Shown here in pieces: positions 48,917-62,314 of a stretch of DNA of 64,000 nucleotides (the first letter of the stretch is position 1; each line of letters starts with the position of its first letter). The stretch is from Candidatus Marinacidobacterales bacterium. GTDB lineage: Bacteria; Acidobacteriota; Vicinamibacteria; Marinacidobacterales; SMYC01. Made by a program: the position numbers and the translations under genes. The notes below the pieces were generated by a model that was not told the origin of the DNA, made no database searches, and was given only the letters and a program-made list of their open reading frames with translations. The DNA lies in assembly GCA_965224085.1 (NCBI GenBank), contig CBDCYI010000005.1, positions 896,001 through 960,000 of the forward strand, given 5' to 3'.

Positions 48917-49475
48917 ATGTTGAAGAAGATCGTTGTTGTTTCGGCGGTTCTGTTGGTGGTGGTTGCGTTTTTGTTGATGCGGGACTACGACTCTCCTGAG
49001 CTTGGGCAGGCGCTATTGGATGAGGTCGGTGACGCCACCGGTATCGAGATGACTGCGACCGGGTTTCGATTTAGTCTTTTTAGCGGCGTCGAGCTCGACA
49101 ATGTGACGGCGACGTCCGAGAGCGAAGGGCGGAGTTTTGATTTTTCGCTCGATCAGCTGGTATTTGAGCATCGCCTTGGGCCGCTTCTTTCGGGTACGGT
49201 TGCTATCGATCGGATCGTGCTTGACCGTCCGCAATTCGAGCTTGTCGAAGCTTCGAGCTCTCCTGGCACTGAAGGCGAAGTTGAAGATGAAGCTAGAGTT
49301 GAAGGTGAGAGTGAGTCGGGCGAAGACGCGGGCGGGGCTGGGCTTGCTTTGGAGGTTTCTCGGATTCTTGTTCGCGACGGCACCATCGTTATAAAGTCGG
49401 AGGATGGCTCGTCGGAGACCCGTGTGGAGGGGCTAGATTTTGCGATGGAGAATCTAGCCTTCGACCCGACTGCAG
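48917..49475 (+). pseudogene. AsmA-family gene, N-terminal half
   Basis: N-terminal TM, GPLLSGTVAIDRIVLDRP; ends at GACTGCAG directly before the IS6 end. Confidence 0.8.
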
Positions 49476-50330
49476 GGTATTGTCAAGTTGACGTTGAGCG
49501 AGCGAACCTATTGCGTCGAGCTGATTTCCTTTGCTCTCATCGGACGGCACAGGTTACCTCCTGCCAGACGATGAAAGCGCGGTCTCGTAGCTCCCGATGA
49601 TGATGCGCTTGCAACAAATGCCGTCCGACGCGAAAGAGGTTTTGCACGAGTCCATGCACGGTCAAGAATCGTTGCGCCTGCCCAGGAGTTTTAAACTTCC
49701 GCATCTGTCGTTCCCGTTGTCGCGTCGGTTCGTGCGAGACTTCGGTTAGGTTGTTTCTGTACTGGTCAGTGTCGTGGACGACGGACGGCATGACCTCGCG
49801 GTGAGCGGCGCTGTAGCTTCTCAGTTTGTCGGTGACCAGCTGCCAGGGCGGACGGCCTTGCCCTTTCAACAGCTTGCGGAAGAATCGTTTGGCGGCTTTC
49901 TGATCACGGCGAGGCTGGACGAGGATATCAATCACATCACCATCTTGGTCTACCGCGCGCCAGAGGTATTGGCGTTCGCCTTGTATCTTTATGAAGACCT
50001 CGTCCAGGTGCCACGTGTCACCAAGGCGACCCTGCCGACGCTTCAGTCGCCGAGCGTATTCCGGCCCGAACTTGATGCACCAAAGTCGGATCGCTTCGTA
50101 GGAAACCGTGATGCCTCGCTGAGCAAGCAGCTCTTCGACGTTTCGAAAGCTCACGCAGAATCGGTGGTAGAGCCAGACGGCGTGGCTGATGATTTCCGGT
50201 GGAAATCGATAGCCGTGGTAGCTTGGCGCATCGGTCTTCATTGGACCATTCTGTCAGTCACCAGCTCAATTTGACAGCAATGGCATCGCCCGGGCGGGCG
50301 AAGGTAATCGGAGACTGACCCTTTGAGATC
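49476..50330 (-). mobile_element. IS6 family element, copy 2 (left end interrupted by IS110)
   Basis: Starts GGTATTGTCAAGTTGA; near-identical to copy 1 in inverted orientation. Confidence 0.88.
49537..50241 (-). CDS. IS6 family transposase
   Basis: Differs from copy 1 at 2 residues (A/T, W/G). Confidence 0.95.
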   Translation of the reverse strand: MKTDAPSYHGYRFPPEIISHAVWLYHRFCVSFRNVEELLAQRGITVSYEAIRLWCIKFGPEYARRLKRRQGRLGDTWHLDEVFIKIQGERQYLWRAVDQDGDVIDILVQPRRDQKAAKRFFRKLLKGQGRPPWQLVTDKLRSYSAAHREVMPSVVHDTDQYRNNLTEVSHEPTRQRERQMRKFKTPGQAQRFLTVHGLVQNLFRVGRHLLQAHHHRELRDRAFIVWQEVTCAVR

Positions 50331-52010
50331 TGTGGGAGGAAGTAGACTCCGATCGAGTGCAGCCGGGAGTCAAGGCCGAAGGTACGATGGTGCTCAGTGC
50401 CCGTTTGACAGCAAGGTCTGGAGGGTTAGCGGGAGTATCCGTGGTGGCATGTCGCGAGGCATGACCCCGTTCGAAAGAATGTTTTGAATCGCCCCTCTCT
50501 CCTGGTTGCGCCGAAAGGAGCGAGAAATGGCACGTCGCGTCAGGACAAAAAGCAGTCGTCAAGCAAGACGGAAAAAATTGGAGCACGAGCTCGACACGGT
50601 AAATCTAGATGCTGCAGGGATTGATATTGGAGCGGAGTCAATCGTGGCGGCAGTCCCGAAGGGGCGCACTCCTGAGGGCGAACATGTCCGCACGTTTCAG
50701 AGCTTTGTATGCTCGCTGCGAGAGCTGGCCAATTGGCTGAAGGCGTGCGGCGTGTGCACGGTGGCGATGGAGTCGACCGGAGTTTATTGGATTCCACTGT
50801 ACGAGTTGTTGGAAGACGAGGGATTTGAAGTCTATCTGGTCGATGCTCGCAAAGTGAAAAACGTATCTGGGCGCAAGTCAGACGTGTCGGATGCGGAGTG
50901 GCTGCAACAGCTGCATACATTCGGGCTACTCCCAAAAACCTTTCGGCCGGAATCGGCGATTTGCGAGCTAAGGGCATACACCCGCCAACGAAGCTCGCTG
51001 GTGGAGTCAGCGGCTCGCCACATTCAGCATATGCACAAAGCGCTCAACCAAATGGGGCTCCAGCTACAACACGTCCTGCGCGACGTGACCGGAGTCACCG
51101 GCCTTGCGATCATCCGAGCGATCTTGAGAGGAGAGCGAGATCCTCGTGACCTAGCAAAACTGAGGCATGAACGTTGCCACAACGATGAGGCCACGATCGC
51201 GAAAGCCTTAGAAGGTAACTATCGGAGCGAGCATGTTTTCGCTCTTCAACAGTCGGTGGAGTTGTACGATTTCTATCAAGAGAAAATGGAAGACTGTGAC
51301 AAGCGGATCGAGAGATGCCTGTCCAAATTGGAGACCCGGCCTCAGGACGCTCGGCCTAAGCCGAAACCACGGACACGGCGAGCGCGTAGCGGCAACGGGC
51401 CGCGCTTTCCGCTCGCTGAGTCTCTATTGGGACTCACGGGGGTGGACCTAACCAGGGTTCCCGGCTTAGGTAGCTATGCCGTTCTGCAGCTCGTAGGAGA
51501 AACCGGTTGCGACATGAGCCCGTGGAAAAGTGACAAGCACTTCACCTCATGGCTAGCTCTCGCACCGAATAATAAGGAGTCCGCTGGTCGATACCCAAAC
51601 CGCGCTCGGCGCTGCGACATGAGCCCGTGGAAAAGTGACAAGCACTTCACCTCATCTTTCGCCGGGCCACCCCAATGAGCTCCAGTCGTGCTGCAAAACT
51701 CTTTCGCCTCGCCGCGTGCGCTGTCCGCAATACCCAAACCGCGCTCGGCGCTTTCTATCGACGAATCCGATCGCGACGAGGTGCTCCAAAGGCCATCACA
51801 GCTACCGCCCGTAAAATAGCGACCATCTACTTCCGCATGCTTGCGACTGGAGAGGAGTTCATTGAGCTCGGTCAGGACGCCTATGAAAGGCAATACCAGC
51901 AACGCCTCCTGAGTAATCTCCGACGCAAAGCTACCCGACTCGGCTTCAGCCTCGTTCCCGATCAATCCATATCATGAAAAATGCCTTCGGCCGGGAGTGT
52001 CAGTCGAAAG
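50331..52010 (+). mobile_element. IS110 family element (ends approximate)
   Basis: About 200 nt non-coding left end followed by a DEDD recombinase; no terminal IRs. Confidence 0.75.
50527..51977 (+). pseudogene. IS110 recombinase, frameshifted by a 62-bp insertion
   Basis: AGIDIG, AMESTGVYW, GRKSDVSDA; C-terminal KAITATARKIA in another frame. Confidence 0.88.
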
Positions 52011-52014
52011 TACC

Positions 52015-52148
52015 GTGCCGAGCAGTTCGCGCCACACCTCAGGCGCTTCGAGCACCAATCCCACATCGTGTTTTACACTCCGGAAGACTGGGGCGTGCTA
52101 ATCGTGCGTGTGCTTCACAAGAAAATGGACGTCCCAAGACATTTCTAG
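52015..52148 (+). pseudogene. ParE/RelE toxin C-terminal remnant
   Basis: ..AEQFAPHLRRFEHQSHIVFY..VLIVRVLHKKMDVPRHF*. Confidence 0.7.
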
Positions 52149-52299
52149 CGGGCGCCACCTTGTAAGAAATCACACTAAACGTGATCCACCGCGATGAAAT
52201 ATCATTTGTGTCCCTGTGACCGGTTGCCCCACCCGGCGAAGGTCGAGGCGAGGAACTGCCATAGGTAAAGCTGCGTCGGCTGCAATCTAGCCGTTCGGG

Positions 52300-52572
52300 A
52301 CGGCAGCGCTATCTTTTTACTTCAGCAAGACGCTACCCTTCGAGGTGCTGCTTCGTGTCGGCTGAGTTTTGATACGAGGTCGACTTCGTCGTCTCGGGTG
52401 GACGCAACGTCGTCGCGATCGAGGTGAAGGCGGGGAGCCGCTTCCACGAAAAGGACCTAGTCGGTCTGCAGGCGTTGTCGAGCAAGACGCCCCGCCTCCG
52501 CGCCGCCGTGCTTGCGCATAACGGCGCCGAAGCCGTCAAGCTGGGAGACAAGCTACTACGCCATCCCGATAG
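52300..52572 (+). pseudogene. DUF4143-type (AAA ATPase C-terminal) remnant
   Basis: YEVDFVV..VVAIEVKAG motif. Confidence 0.6.
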
Positions 52573-52670
52573 CGACGCTACTTTCCTGATAACCGCTAGG
52601 AAGACGATCGGATATCCGTTCGCGCGCTCGTTGTGGCACAATCCCGGAGCCACTCGTCAGGAGGGACGCC

Positions 52671-54956
52671 ATGACTCGGATAGGGATTACGCTTGCCTGG
52701 CTCCTCATGGGAGCTTCCGCTTTCCCCCAAACGACCATCGCCGACAGAACGGAGGGGTTCGAGCGCGTCGAGGGTTTCATCCCGTTTTACTGGGATGCGG
52801 CCCGCGATCGTGTTCTCTTCGAAGTTCCTGAACTTTCAGAGGAGATTCTCTACTATGTTTCGACCGCTCACGGTGTGGGCTCGGTCGAGCTCGGTATCGA
52901 CCGCGGCGTCACTCGCCAGATGGTGATCCGGTTCGAGCGCGCGGGAAGCCGCGTCCACGTCGTGCAGCAAAACCTCATCCATCGCGCCCAGGAAGGACAT
53001 CCCGAGCTCGTGCGGAACGTACGCGAATCGTTCGCCGCTTCGATACTCGCAGCGCTTCCCATTGAAGCCGAGGAAGGCGGCCGCATCCTCGTGGACGCTG
53101 CGCCGCTTCTCATCCGCGACGGGGCCGATTTGGCTGGTCGTCTACGCGACCGGAATCAGGGGAGCTTCCGGCTCGATCGCGATCGCAGCTCGTTCTACCG
53201 AGAGCGGACGCAGGCTTTTCCCGAGAACACCGAGGTCGAGGTCACCGTGACGTTCGCGTCCGACAACCCGGGCGCCCTCGTTCGCGGGGTGGCGCCGGAC
53301 GGACGCTCGCTCAGCTTGCGGATCCATCACTCCTTCTTGAAGGCGCCGGAGGGCTATCGTCCGCGGCGCGCCGATTCACGCATCGGTGTAGGCCGCCTGA
53401 GCTTCAAGGACTACGCGAAGCCTTTCGATCAAGATCCGGAAGTCTTCTGGATTCGACGGTGGCGACTCGAGAAGAAGAATCCGGGGGCCGCCATGAGCGA
53501 GCCGGTCGAGCCTATCGTCTACTATCTCGACCTTGCGGTCCCCGAGCCGGCTCGAAGCGCCATCCGAGACGGCGTTCTCTGGTGGAACCGTGCGTTCGAG
53601 GCGGCGGGATTCTTAAACGCCGTCGAAGTCAAGGACCCGACGCCCGACATGGATCCGCTGGACATCCGCTACGCGTTCATCCTTTGGGTGAACCGCGACG
53701 AGCGCGGATTCTCGAGTGGGGGTGGCATCACCGACCCACGCACCGGCGAGATCCTCGGTGCGACGACGCGCATGGACTCTCATCGAATTCGGACCATCGG
53801 CCATTACTGGCAGGCCTATCAGATGACCGACACCGGGGGCGACGACTGCGCGCTCTTCATGCCCGGCATCGAGTCTTTCCTGCCGGCACAAACGAGCGAT
53901 GGCTCCCCTACGATTGACGAGATGGTGCTCGCCCGGCAAGCCGTACTCGCCGCACACGAAGTAGGGCACACGCTCGGCTTCGGTCACAACTGGAACTCGA
54001 GCATCAACGACCGGGCATCCGTGATGGAGTACCCGACGCCGCGCGTTTCTGTGACGGCGGCGGGAGCGCTCGATTTCAGCAATGCTTTCGAGACCGACGT
54101 AGGCGCTTACGATCTCTTCATGGCCCGCTATGCCTATACGGAGCTTTCGCCGGACGGAGAAGCCGCGGAGCTCGAAGCGATCATCGACGAGATGAGGCGA
54201 GAGGGCATCCTCTACACTCCCTCGACGGATCCGCGCTGGAGCTGGTACGACGATTTGGAATCACCGGCGGACTACTTTCGGGAAACGATGGCGGCTCGGA
54301 GTGTGATGCTCGACTACTACGGACCGGGCATTCTTCGCGAAGGCGAGCCCATCGGCGAGCTTCGCGACATGAGGCTCTGGATGACCTACCTCCATCATCG
54401 CTGGGCCATCGAGCACGCCCTCGATTTCATCGGCGGGATGTATCACGAGAACGTGGTGAAAGGAGACGACCTGTCTCGTATCGCGCCAACGGAGATCGTG
54501 CCCGCGGCGCTGCAGCGAGAGCTCCTGGCGCTCGTCCTCGAGGCCCTCGAGCCGGAGAACCTGGCCATCCCTGAACGGATTCTGCGATATCTCACGACGA
54601 ACCCTTATAGCGCCCGTCTCGAGGACATGTCGGAAAACTACGCGTTCGATCATCTCCTTGCAGCGCGGATTCTCTCGGCGCTCGTCGTCGAGGAGATGCT
54701 TCAGCCCGAGCGGGCGGCCCGGTTGATTGCGTTCGCCGATCGGCAAGAGGGCGCGCTGAGCTTGCCGGAAGTGCTGGACGCGGTGCTGGCGAAGAGCTGG
54801 AACGCCCCGCGCGGCCCCGAGCCCCAGCTCCGTTCTCTGCGGCGTGTGAGCGAGCGGGTCGTGCTCGATTCCCTGATGATTCTCGGAGCGCATGACGAGA
54901 CAACGCCGGACGCTGACCGGCCGACATCCCAATATTCCCAAAATGATGAATTCTGA
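52671..54956 (+). CDS. Secreted Zn-dependent metalloprotease (DUF5117/DUF4953 type), C-terminus possibly truncated
   Basis: Signal peptide; AHEVGHTLGFGHN and SVMEY Met-turn. Confidence 0.88.
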   Translation: MTRIGITLAWLLMGASAFPQTTIADRTEGFERVEGFIPFYWDAARDRVLFEVPELSEEILYYVSTAHGVGSVELGIDRGVTRQMVIRFERAGSRVHVVQQNLIHRAQEGHPELVRNVRESFAASILAALPIEAEEGGRILVDAAPLLIRDGADLAGRLRDRNQGSFRLDRDRSSFYRERTQAFPENTEVEVTVTFASDNPGALVRGVAPDGRSLSLRIHHSFLKAPEGYRPRRADSRIGVGRLSFKDYAKPFDQDPEVFWIRRWRLEKKNPGAAMSEPVEPIVYYLDLAVPEPARSAIRDGVLWWNRAFEAAGFLNAVEVKDPTPDMDPLDIRYAFILWVNRDERGFSSGGGITDPRTGEILGATTRMDSHRIRTIGHYWQAYQMTDTGGDDCALFMPGIESFLPAQTSDGSPTIDEMVLARQAVLAAHEVGHTLGFGHNWNSSINDRASVMEYPTPRVSVTAAGALDFSNAFETDVGAYDLFMARYAYTELSPDGEAAELEAIIDEMRREGILYTPSTDPRWSWYDDLESPADYFRETMAARSVMLDYYGPGILREGEPIGELRDMRLWMTYLHHRWAIEHALDFIGGMYHENVVKGDDLSRIAPTEIVPAALQRELLALVLEALEPENLAIPERILRYLTTNPYSARLEDMSENYAFDHLLAARILSALVVEEMLQPERAARLIAFADRQEGALSLPEVLDAVLAKSWNAPRGPEPQLRSLRRVSERVVLDSLMILGAHDETTPDADRPTSQYSQNDEF

Positions 54957-54960
54957 AAAA

Positions 54961-55476
54961 CTACTTGTTCTCGTCCTGATAACGTCCCGCATAAGTCTTG
55001 GCCGCGGGGCCGTCCAGACCGTAGAATACGAGCTGCAGGACACGCGCATCCCGTTTGAGCCTTAGGCCTGCGGGGTTGTGCACGACGAGCACCGAGCCGC
55101 TGCGGCCCGAATAGCCCGAGTCCCAGAGGGCGGTGCCGATATGCGCGGCGCTTCTGAGAAGACTCGAGCGCGTGCGCGCCATCCCGAACATGTTGGCCGG
55201 GATGTTCACGATCTCGTTATAGACGACCCAGTAAGGGCCGGGCTCGAGATGCCACCATCCGTCGCTGTCCGGCTCGATGGGGAAAGTCTCGGGCGTCCGG
55301 CGCTCGGAGTTGTCGAAATCGATGGCGCCGGGCTCGTCCCCGAAGCGCGCCACCTCGCGCAGGGTGAAGTCGACGCCGTTCATTTGAATCTGCGTCTCTT
55401 GGTCGACGAAGTCTTCGACCAGCGGCGGATCGGCCGCGAGTCTCGCTTTGAGGGCGGCGCCTTCGACAAGCTTCAA
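54961..55476 (-). CDS. dUTPase, archaeal-like / dCTP deaminase-related
   Basis: QMNGVDFTL, RSSLLRS, WDSGYSGR, YAGRYQ. Confidence 0.75.
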   Translation of the reverse strand: MKLVEGAALKARLAADPPLVEDFVDQETQIQMNGVDFTLREVARFGDEPGAIDFDNSERRTPETFPIEPDSDGWWHLEPGPYWVVYNEIVNIPANMFGMARTRSSLLRSAAHIGTALWDSGYSGRSGSVLVVHNPAGLRLKRDARVLQLVFYGLDGPAAKTYAGRYQDENK

Positions 55477-55477
55477 C

Positions 55478-56044
55478 TTACTCCCCTTCCAGCTTGGGCA
55501 ACGTTATGTGCTCCTGCCCTTGATACTTGCCCCTCTTGTCCTTGTAGGACAGCGCGCAGTCTTCGTCGCTCTCGAAAAAGAGTACTTGGGCAATGCCCTC
55601 GTTCGCGTAGATGCGGCACGGGAGGGGCGTCGTGTTCGAGATCTCGAGTGTGGCGTTGCCTTCCCACTCCGCGTCAAAGCCCGTCACGTTGATGATGATG
55701 CCGCAGCGCGCATAAGTCGACTTGCCGATGCACACCGCATAAACGTTTCGCGGGATGCGAAAATTCTCGACCGTGTTCGACAGCGCGAAGGAGTTGGGCG
55801 GGATGACGCAGACGTCACCTTTGAAATCGACGAAGCTCTTTGGATCGAAGTTCTTGGGGTCGACGACCGCAGTGTTGACGTTCGTGAAGATCTTGAACTC
55901 GTCCGAGACACGGATGTCATAACCGTAGGACGAGAGCCCGTAAGAAATCACGTTCTCACGGATTTGATGATCGACGAACGGGTCCACCATCCCGTGCTCG
56001 AGCGCCATCCTCCGAATCCATTTATCCGCCTTGATGGACGGCAT
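55478..56044 (-). CDS. dcd: dCTP deaminase
   Basis: [28 protein letters not shown]. Confidence 0.95.
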   Translation of the reverse strand: MPSIKADKWIRRMALEHGMVDPFVDHQIRENVISYGLSSYGYDIRVSDEFKIFTNVNTAVVDPKNFDPKSFVDFKGDVCVIPPNSFALSNTVENFRIPRNVYAVCIGKSTYARCGIIINVTGFDAEWEGNATLEISNTTPLPCRIYANEGIAQVLFFESDEDCALSYKDKRGKYQGQEHITLPKLEGE

Positions 56045-56063
56045 CGCGCGTCTTCCTCAGTCC

Positions 56064-56483
56064 TCAGTCTTGAATCTGGAGCGACGTGAAGAAGTAGGGG
56101 ATTTCGGCCGCCGCCGTTTCGGGCGAATCCGAGCCGTGGATGACGTTGGCCTCGATCGAGCTCGCGAAATCCTTGCGAATCGTGCCTTCATCGGCTTTCG
56201 CCGGATCGGTCGCGCCCATCAGCTTCCGCAGATCCTCGATGGCGCTGTCCTTCTCGAGGACCATGACGACACAAGGCCCCGACGACATGAACTCCATGAG
56301 GCTTCCGAAAAAGGGCCGCTCTTTGTGCACGGCGTAGAAACCCTCCGCGTGCCGCCTCGTCATTTGGATCATGCGCAGGCCTAGAATCTTGAAGCCGGCC
56401 TCTTCGATACGCGCGAGGATCTTGCCGATGTCGCCTTGGCGCACGCCGTCTGGCTTGATGATGGAAAACGTTTTTTCACTCAT
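56064..56483 (-). CDS. ndk: Nucleoside diphosphate kinase
   Basis: [14 protein letters not shown]. Confidence 0.96.
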   Translation of the reverse strand: MSEKTFSIIKPDGVRQGDIGKILARIEEAGFKILGLRMIQMTRRHAEGFYAVHKERPFFGSLMEFMSSGPCVVMVLEKDSAIEDLRKLMGATDPAKADEGTIRKDFASSIEANVIHGSDSPETAAAEIPYFFTSLQIQD

Positions 56484-56499
56484 GAACGGTCTCTGTTAA

Positions 56500-57369
56500 T
56501 TAACTGAGGATGTCCTTCATTCTTTGGCCCATGTCGGCTGGGCTCTTCACTACCGTGACGCCCATCGCTTCGAGCGTCTCCATTTTGTCCGCCGCCGTGC
56601 CCTTGCCGCCCATGACGATGGCGCCCGCGTGGCCCATGCGCCGGCCTGGAGGCGCGGTCTGACCGGCAATGAAAGACACGACCGGCTTCGTGACATGGGC
56701 TTTGATGTACTCGGCCGCCGTCTCTTCGGCGCTGCCACCGATCTCGCCAATCATAATGATGGCTTCCGTTTCCGCATCCGCCTGGAACAGCTCGAGCGAG
56801 TCGACGAAAGTCGTTCCGATCACGGGGTCGCCCCCGATGCCGATACAAGTGGACTGGCCGATATCGCGCTTCGTCAGCTGATAAACGGCCTCGTAGGTCA
56901 AAGTACCGCTGCGAGAGACAACACCCACCGGGCCCTCTTTGTGAATGTGGCCGGGCATGATCCCGATCTTGGCCTTCCCAGGCGAGATGAGCCCGGGGCA
57001 GTTCGGTCCGATGAGCCTTGTCTTCGAGCCTTCGATGACGCGCATCACGTCGACCATGTCGAGCGCGGGAACGCCTTCAGTGATGCAAACGACGAGCGGG
57101 AGGTCGGCGTCGACTGCTTCCAAAATGGCATCCGCAGCGAATGGCGGCGGCACGAAGATGACGGAAGCATTGGCGCCGGTTTCTTTGACCGCGTCGGCCA
57201 TGGTGTTGAAGACGGGAACGCCTTCGACTTTCTGTCCGGCTTTGCCCGGCGTCACACCGGCGACGACCTCGGTCCCATAGTCGATGGCGCCTTTGGCATG
57301 AAACTGTCCTTCACGGCCGGTGATACCCTGAACGACGAGGCGCGTATTCTTGTCGATGAAGACGCTCAC
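56500..57369 (-). CDS. sucD: Succinyl-CoA ligase alpha subunit
   Basis: QGITG, GPNCPG, RMGHAGA. Confidence 0.97.
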   Translation of the reverse strand: MSVFIDKNTRLVVQGITGREGQFHAKGAIDYGTEVVAGVTPGKAGQKVEGVPVFNTMADAVKETGANASVIFVPPPFAADAILEAVDADLPLVVCITEGVPALDMVDVMRVIEGSKTRLIGPNCPGLISPGKAKIGIMPGHIHKEGPVGVVSRSGTLTYEAVYQLTKRDIGQSTCIGIGGDPVIGTTFVDSLELFQADAETEAIIMIGEIGGSAEETAAEYIKAHVTKPVVSFIAGQTAPPGRRMGHAGAIVMGGKGTAADKMETLEAMGVTVVKSPADMGQRMKDILS

Positions 57370-58532
57370 GCCGCACTTCCCAACTGCGCGACGACTTTGT
57401 CCGCAGCTTCCTGCATGCTGTCGGCCGTCAAGAAGTTCAGCCCTGACTCGGCGAGCATCTTCTTGCCGAGCTCTACATTTGTTCCCTCGGCTCGGATGAC
57501 GATGGGGATCTTCACATCGAGCTCTTTCACAGCGGCGATGACGCCCTCGGCGAGCCGGTCGACCCGCAAGATGCCGCCAAAAATATTGATGAGCACCGCT
57601 TTCACCTGATCATCGGAGATCAGGAGGCGGAACGCATTCTTGATCTGTTCGGCGCTCGCGCCTCCCCCCACGTCGAGAAAGTTTGCGGGGGCGCCGCCTG
57701 CGAGTTTGATGATGTCCATCGTCGCCATCGCGAGCCCAGCGCCGTTCACCATGCAGCCGACATTGCCGTCGAGCTTGATGTAGTTTAGCCCGAATTTCGA
57801 AGCCTCGACCTCGAGCGGGGACTCTTCGTCGGTGTCGCGGAGCTCGAGCACGTCCTTGTGGCGGAAGAGCGCGGCGTCGTCGAGATTGAGTTTCGCGTCG
57901 AGGGCGAGCACGTCGCCCTCTTGGGTCACGAGGCACGGATTGATCTCGACTTGCGAAGCATCGAGACCGCGGAAGGCTTCATAGAGCATTGTCAGGAAAC
58001 GCACCGCCTTTTTCAGCACGTCGCCCTCGAGCCCGAGGCCAAAAGCGAGCTCGCGTGCTTGGTAGGGACGCATCCCGATCGCAGGATCGATCTCGACGCG
58101 CAGGATCTTCTCGGGCGTCTCCTCAGCAACTTGCTCGATATTCACGCCTCCCGAAGCGCTCGCGATACAAATCGTGCGTCCTATGGCGCGGTCGATGAGG
58201 AAGCTGATGTAGAGCTCGTCCTTGATGTTGAGCCCTTCTTCGATAAGGAGCTTCCGGACGAGCTTGCCTTCCGGACCCGTCTGCGCCGTCACGAGGATCA
58301 TACCGAGGATCTCGCCCGCGAGCGTTTTGACGTCGTCTTCGGTCTTCGCGAGCCTGACGCCGCCGCCCTTGCCGCGGCCACCGGCGTGGATCTGCGCCTT
58401 CACGATGACGGGGAGCCCGAGCGACTGCGCCGCCGCGAGCGCCTCGTCCACCGTTTCGACTTTGATCCCGCGCGGCGTCTCGACCCCGAAGCGCGCGAGC
58501 AGTGCTTTTGCCTGATATTCGTGAACGTTCAT
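57366..58532 (-). CDS. sucC: Succinyl-CoA ligase beta subunit
   Basis: [25 protein letters not shown]. Confidence 0.97.
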   Translation of the reverse strand: MNVHEYQAKALLARFGVETPRGIKVETVDEALAAAQSLGLPVIVKAQIHAGGRGKGGGVRLAKTEDDVKTLAGEILGMILVTAQTGPEGKLVRKLLIEEGLNIKDELYISFLIDRAIGRTICIASASGGVNIEQVAEETPEKILRVEIDPAIGMRPYQARELAFGLGLEGDVLKKAVRFLTMLYEAFRGLDASQVEINPCLVTQEGDVLALDAKLNLDDAALFRHKDVLELRDTDEESPLEVEASKFGLNYIKLDGNVGCMVNGAGLAMATMDIIKLAGGAPANFLDVGGGASAEQIKNAFRLLISDDQVKAVLINIFGGILRVDRLAEGVIAAVKELDVKIPIVIRAEGTNVELGKKMLAESGLNFLTADSMQEAADKVVAQLGSAA

Positions 58533-58536
58533 TGCG

Positions 58537-60875
<2,339 letters not shown>

Positions 60876-61016
60876 GGATCTCCTGTCAAATCCTCCGCCA
60901 GGAACGAAGCACCGACGGGGAGTGGGATGTGTGATCTAGGAAGTGGCTCGCTTACAAACAGCCTAGTCTAACATTCAGGCGCATTTTCCACCAAGCCGAG
61001 CGACTCTCCCCCGGTG

Positions 61017-62252
61017 CTACAACTCGAAGGCAAAACCCAAGCTTATCGTCGTGAGCTCTTGTTTGAGCTCGACCGCCGTTCCCGGAAACTCGAGAATCGT
61101 CCCGGTATTCGTGTGTGTGAAGGCGTAGTACACGCTCCCTACGAGATCGACCTTCTCGGTCAGAGCGAGGGAGGCGCCGATCGCGATGGCGCTTTTGTTG
61201 ATCGCGGGAATCTGGATATTGGCGAGCGTAGCCGCGTTCGGGATCGGGTTGCCGTTGTGCGAAAAGCCGCCGGAGATCTTCCATCTTTCGTTCAGCGTCC
61301 GCTCTGCGCCCACAGCGAAGGCCCAAATGCTTTGCCACTGAAGTCGTTCGCCGCCGAAGCCCTTCGTGTTGCCATAAGAGAAGTGCCGGAGGTCGAACGC
61401 GACCGTCGTGTTCTCGAGGCCGTAATAGCCGACGCCCAGCGACAGGATCGCCGGAAGCTCGAGCTCGAGCGAAAGCTTTCGGGCTGTACCGTTCGCAGTC
61501 TTGGAGTTGTACTCGAAAGTCTCGAACCACTGTTTCGTTTTGTAGGACGCGCCGACGCTCATCTTGTCGTTGGGACGGTAGTAGACACCTCCTTGGAAAC
61601 CGAGACCCCAATACGGGCGGGCTTGCGTCGCCGGGGGGAAGAGCCCATCCGGATTCCTTGGCGCAAAGAACGCGGGGTCGGCGGCGAGGAACATCGAGCT
61701 TACTTGCCCGCCGAATCCAACGGAGAGCTTCTCCGAAAGGTCTATCGACATGATGGGATCGATCTGAAGACCCGAGAGACGGGAGCCGACCGGCCCCACA
61801 CCGATGGAGTTCGGCGGGTCGAAGGGCTTCAGAATGGGATTGAACTCACCGCCAGGGAAATCGATCGTCCGACCGACGAGCCCGCGCATGTTGAGGCCCC
61901 AAGTATAGATGGAGCCCTCGGGGCGGCTCACGATCCCGACCGCGGGAAATGCGGCGAGTCCGCTGTCGCTCCGGTTGCTCCCGACAGAATTGGTGGCTGC
62001 GACACCAGCGGTCAAAGACGTTTCGGCGTACATGAAGTCGACGCCGATGAAGATTTCACTTTCTTCGAGCCCAGCCATAGCCGCGGGGTTCCAGTAAGTC
62101 GCGCCAGCGGCATCGAGCGGCGCGGCGGTCGATGCGCCCGCCATCGAGCGATGCTTGGCGCCGGTGCTAGGGAAAATGATGCCTTGTGCCCACGCGCTCT
62201 TCGCAACGAGAACGCTCAAAAGAAAAATTAGAAAAGACCCCCAGCGGAACAT
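61017..62252 (-). CDS. FadL/OmpP1/TodX-family outer membrane channel
   Basis: Signal peptide; SMAGA..WNPAAM plug motif; alternating beta strands. Confidence 0.85.
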   Translation of the reverse strand: MFRWGSFLIFLLSVLVAKSAWAQGIIFPSTGAKHRSMAGASTAAPLDAAGATYWNPAAMAGLEESEIFIGVDFMYAETSLTAGVAATNSVGSNRSDSGLAAFPAVGIVSRPEGSIYTWGLNMRGLVGRTIDFPGGEFNPILKPFDPPNSIGVGPVGSRLSGLQIDPIMSIDLSEKLSVGFGGQVSSMFLAADPAFFAPRNPDGLFPPATQARPYWGLGFQGGVYYRPNDKMSVGASYKTKQWFETFEYNSKTANGTARKLSLELELPAILSLGVGYYGLENTTVAFDLRHFSYGNTKGFGGERLQWQSIWAFAVGAERTLNERWKISGGFSHNGNPIPNAATLANIQIPAINKSAIAIGASLALTEKVDLVGSVYYAFTHTNTGTILEFPGTAVELKQELTTISLGFAFEL

Positions 62253-62314
62253 GTTGTTTCTCCCTCCTTAGAGTTTCGGAAAAATCAGGAGAAAATAGCA
62301 CTCCTGTACCGTAA

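Noticed and set aside
18504-50330. Horizontally acquired composite transposon
   Set aside because: The internal segment has host-like genes (htpG, ppk1) and the target-site geometry indicates inversion, not insertion
51508-51655. CRISPR-like repeat pair
   Set aside because: Only two copies, both derived from transposase coding sequence; no cas genes
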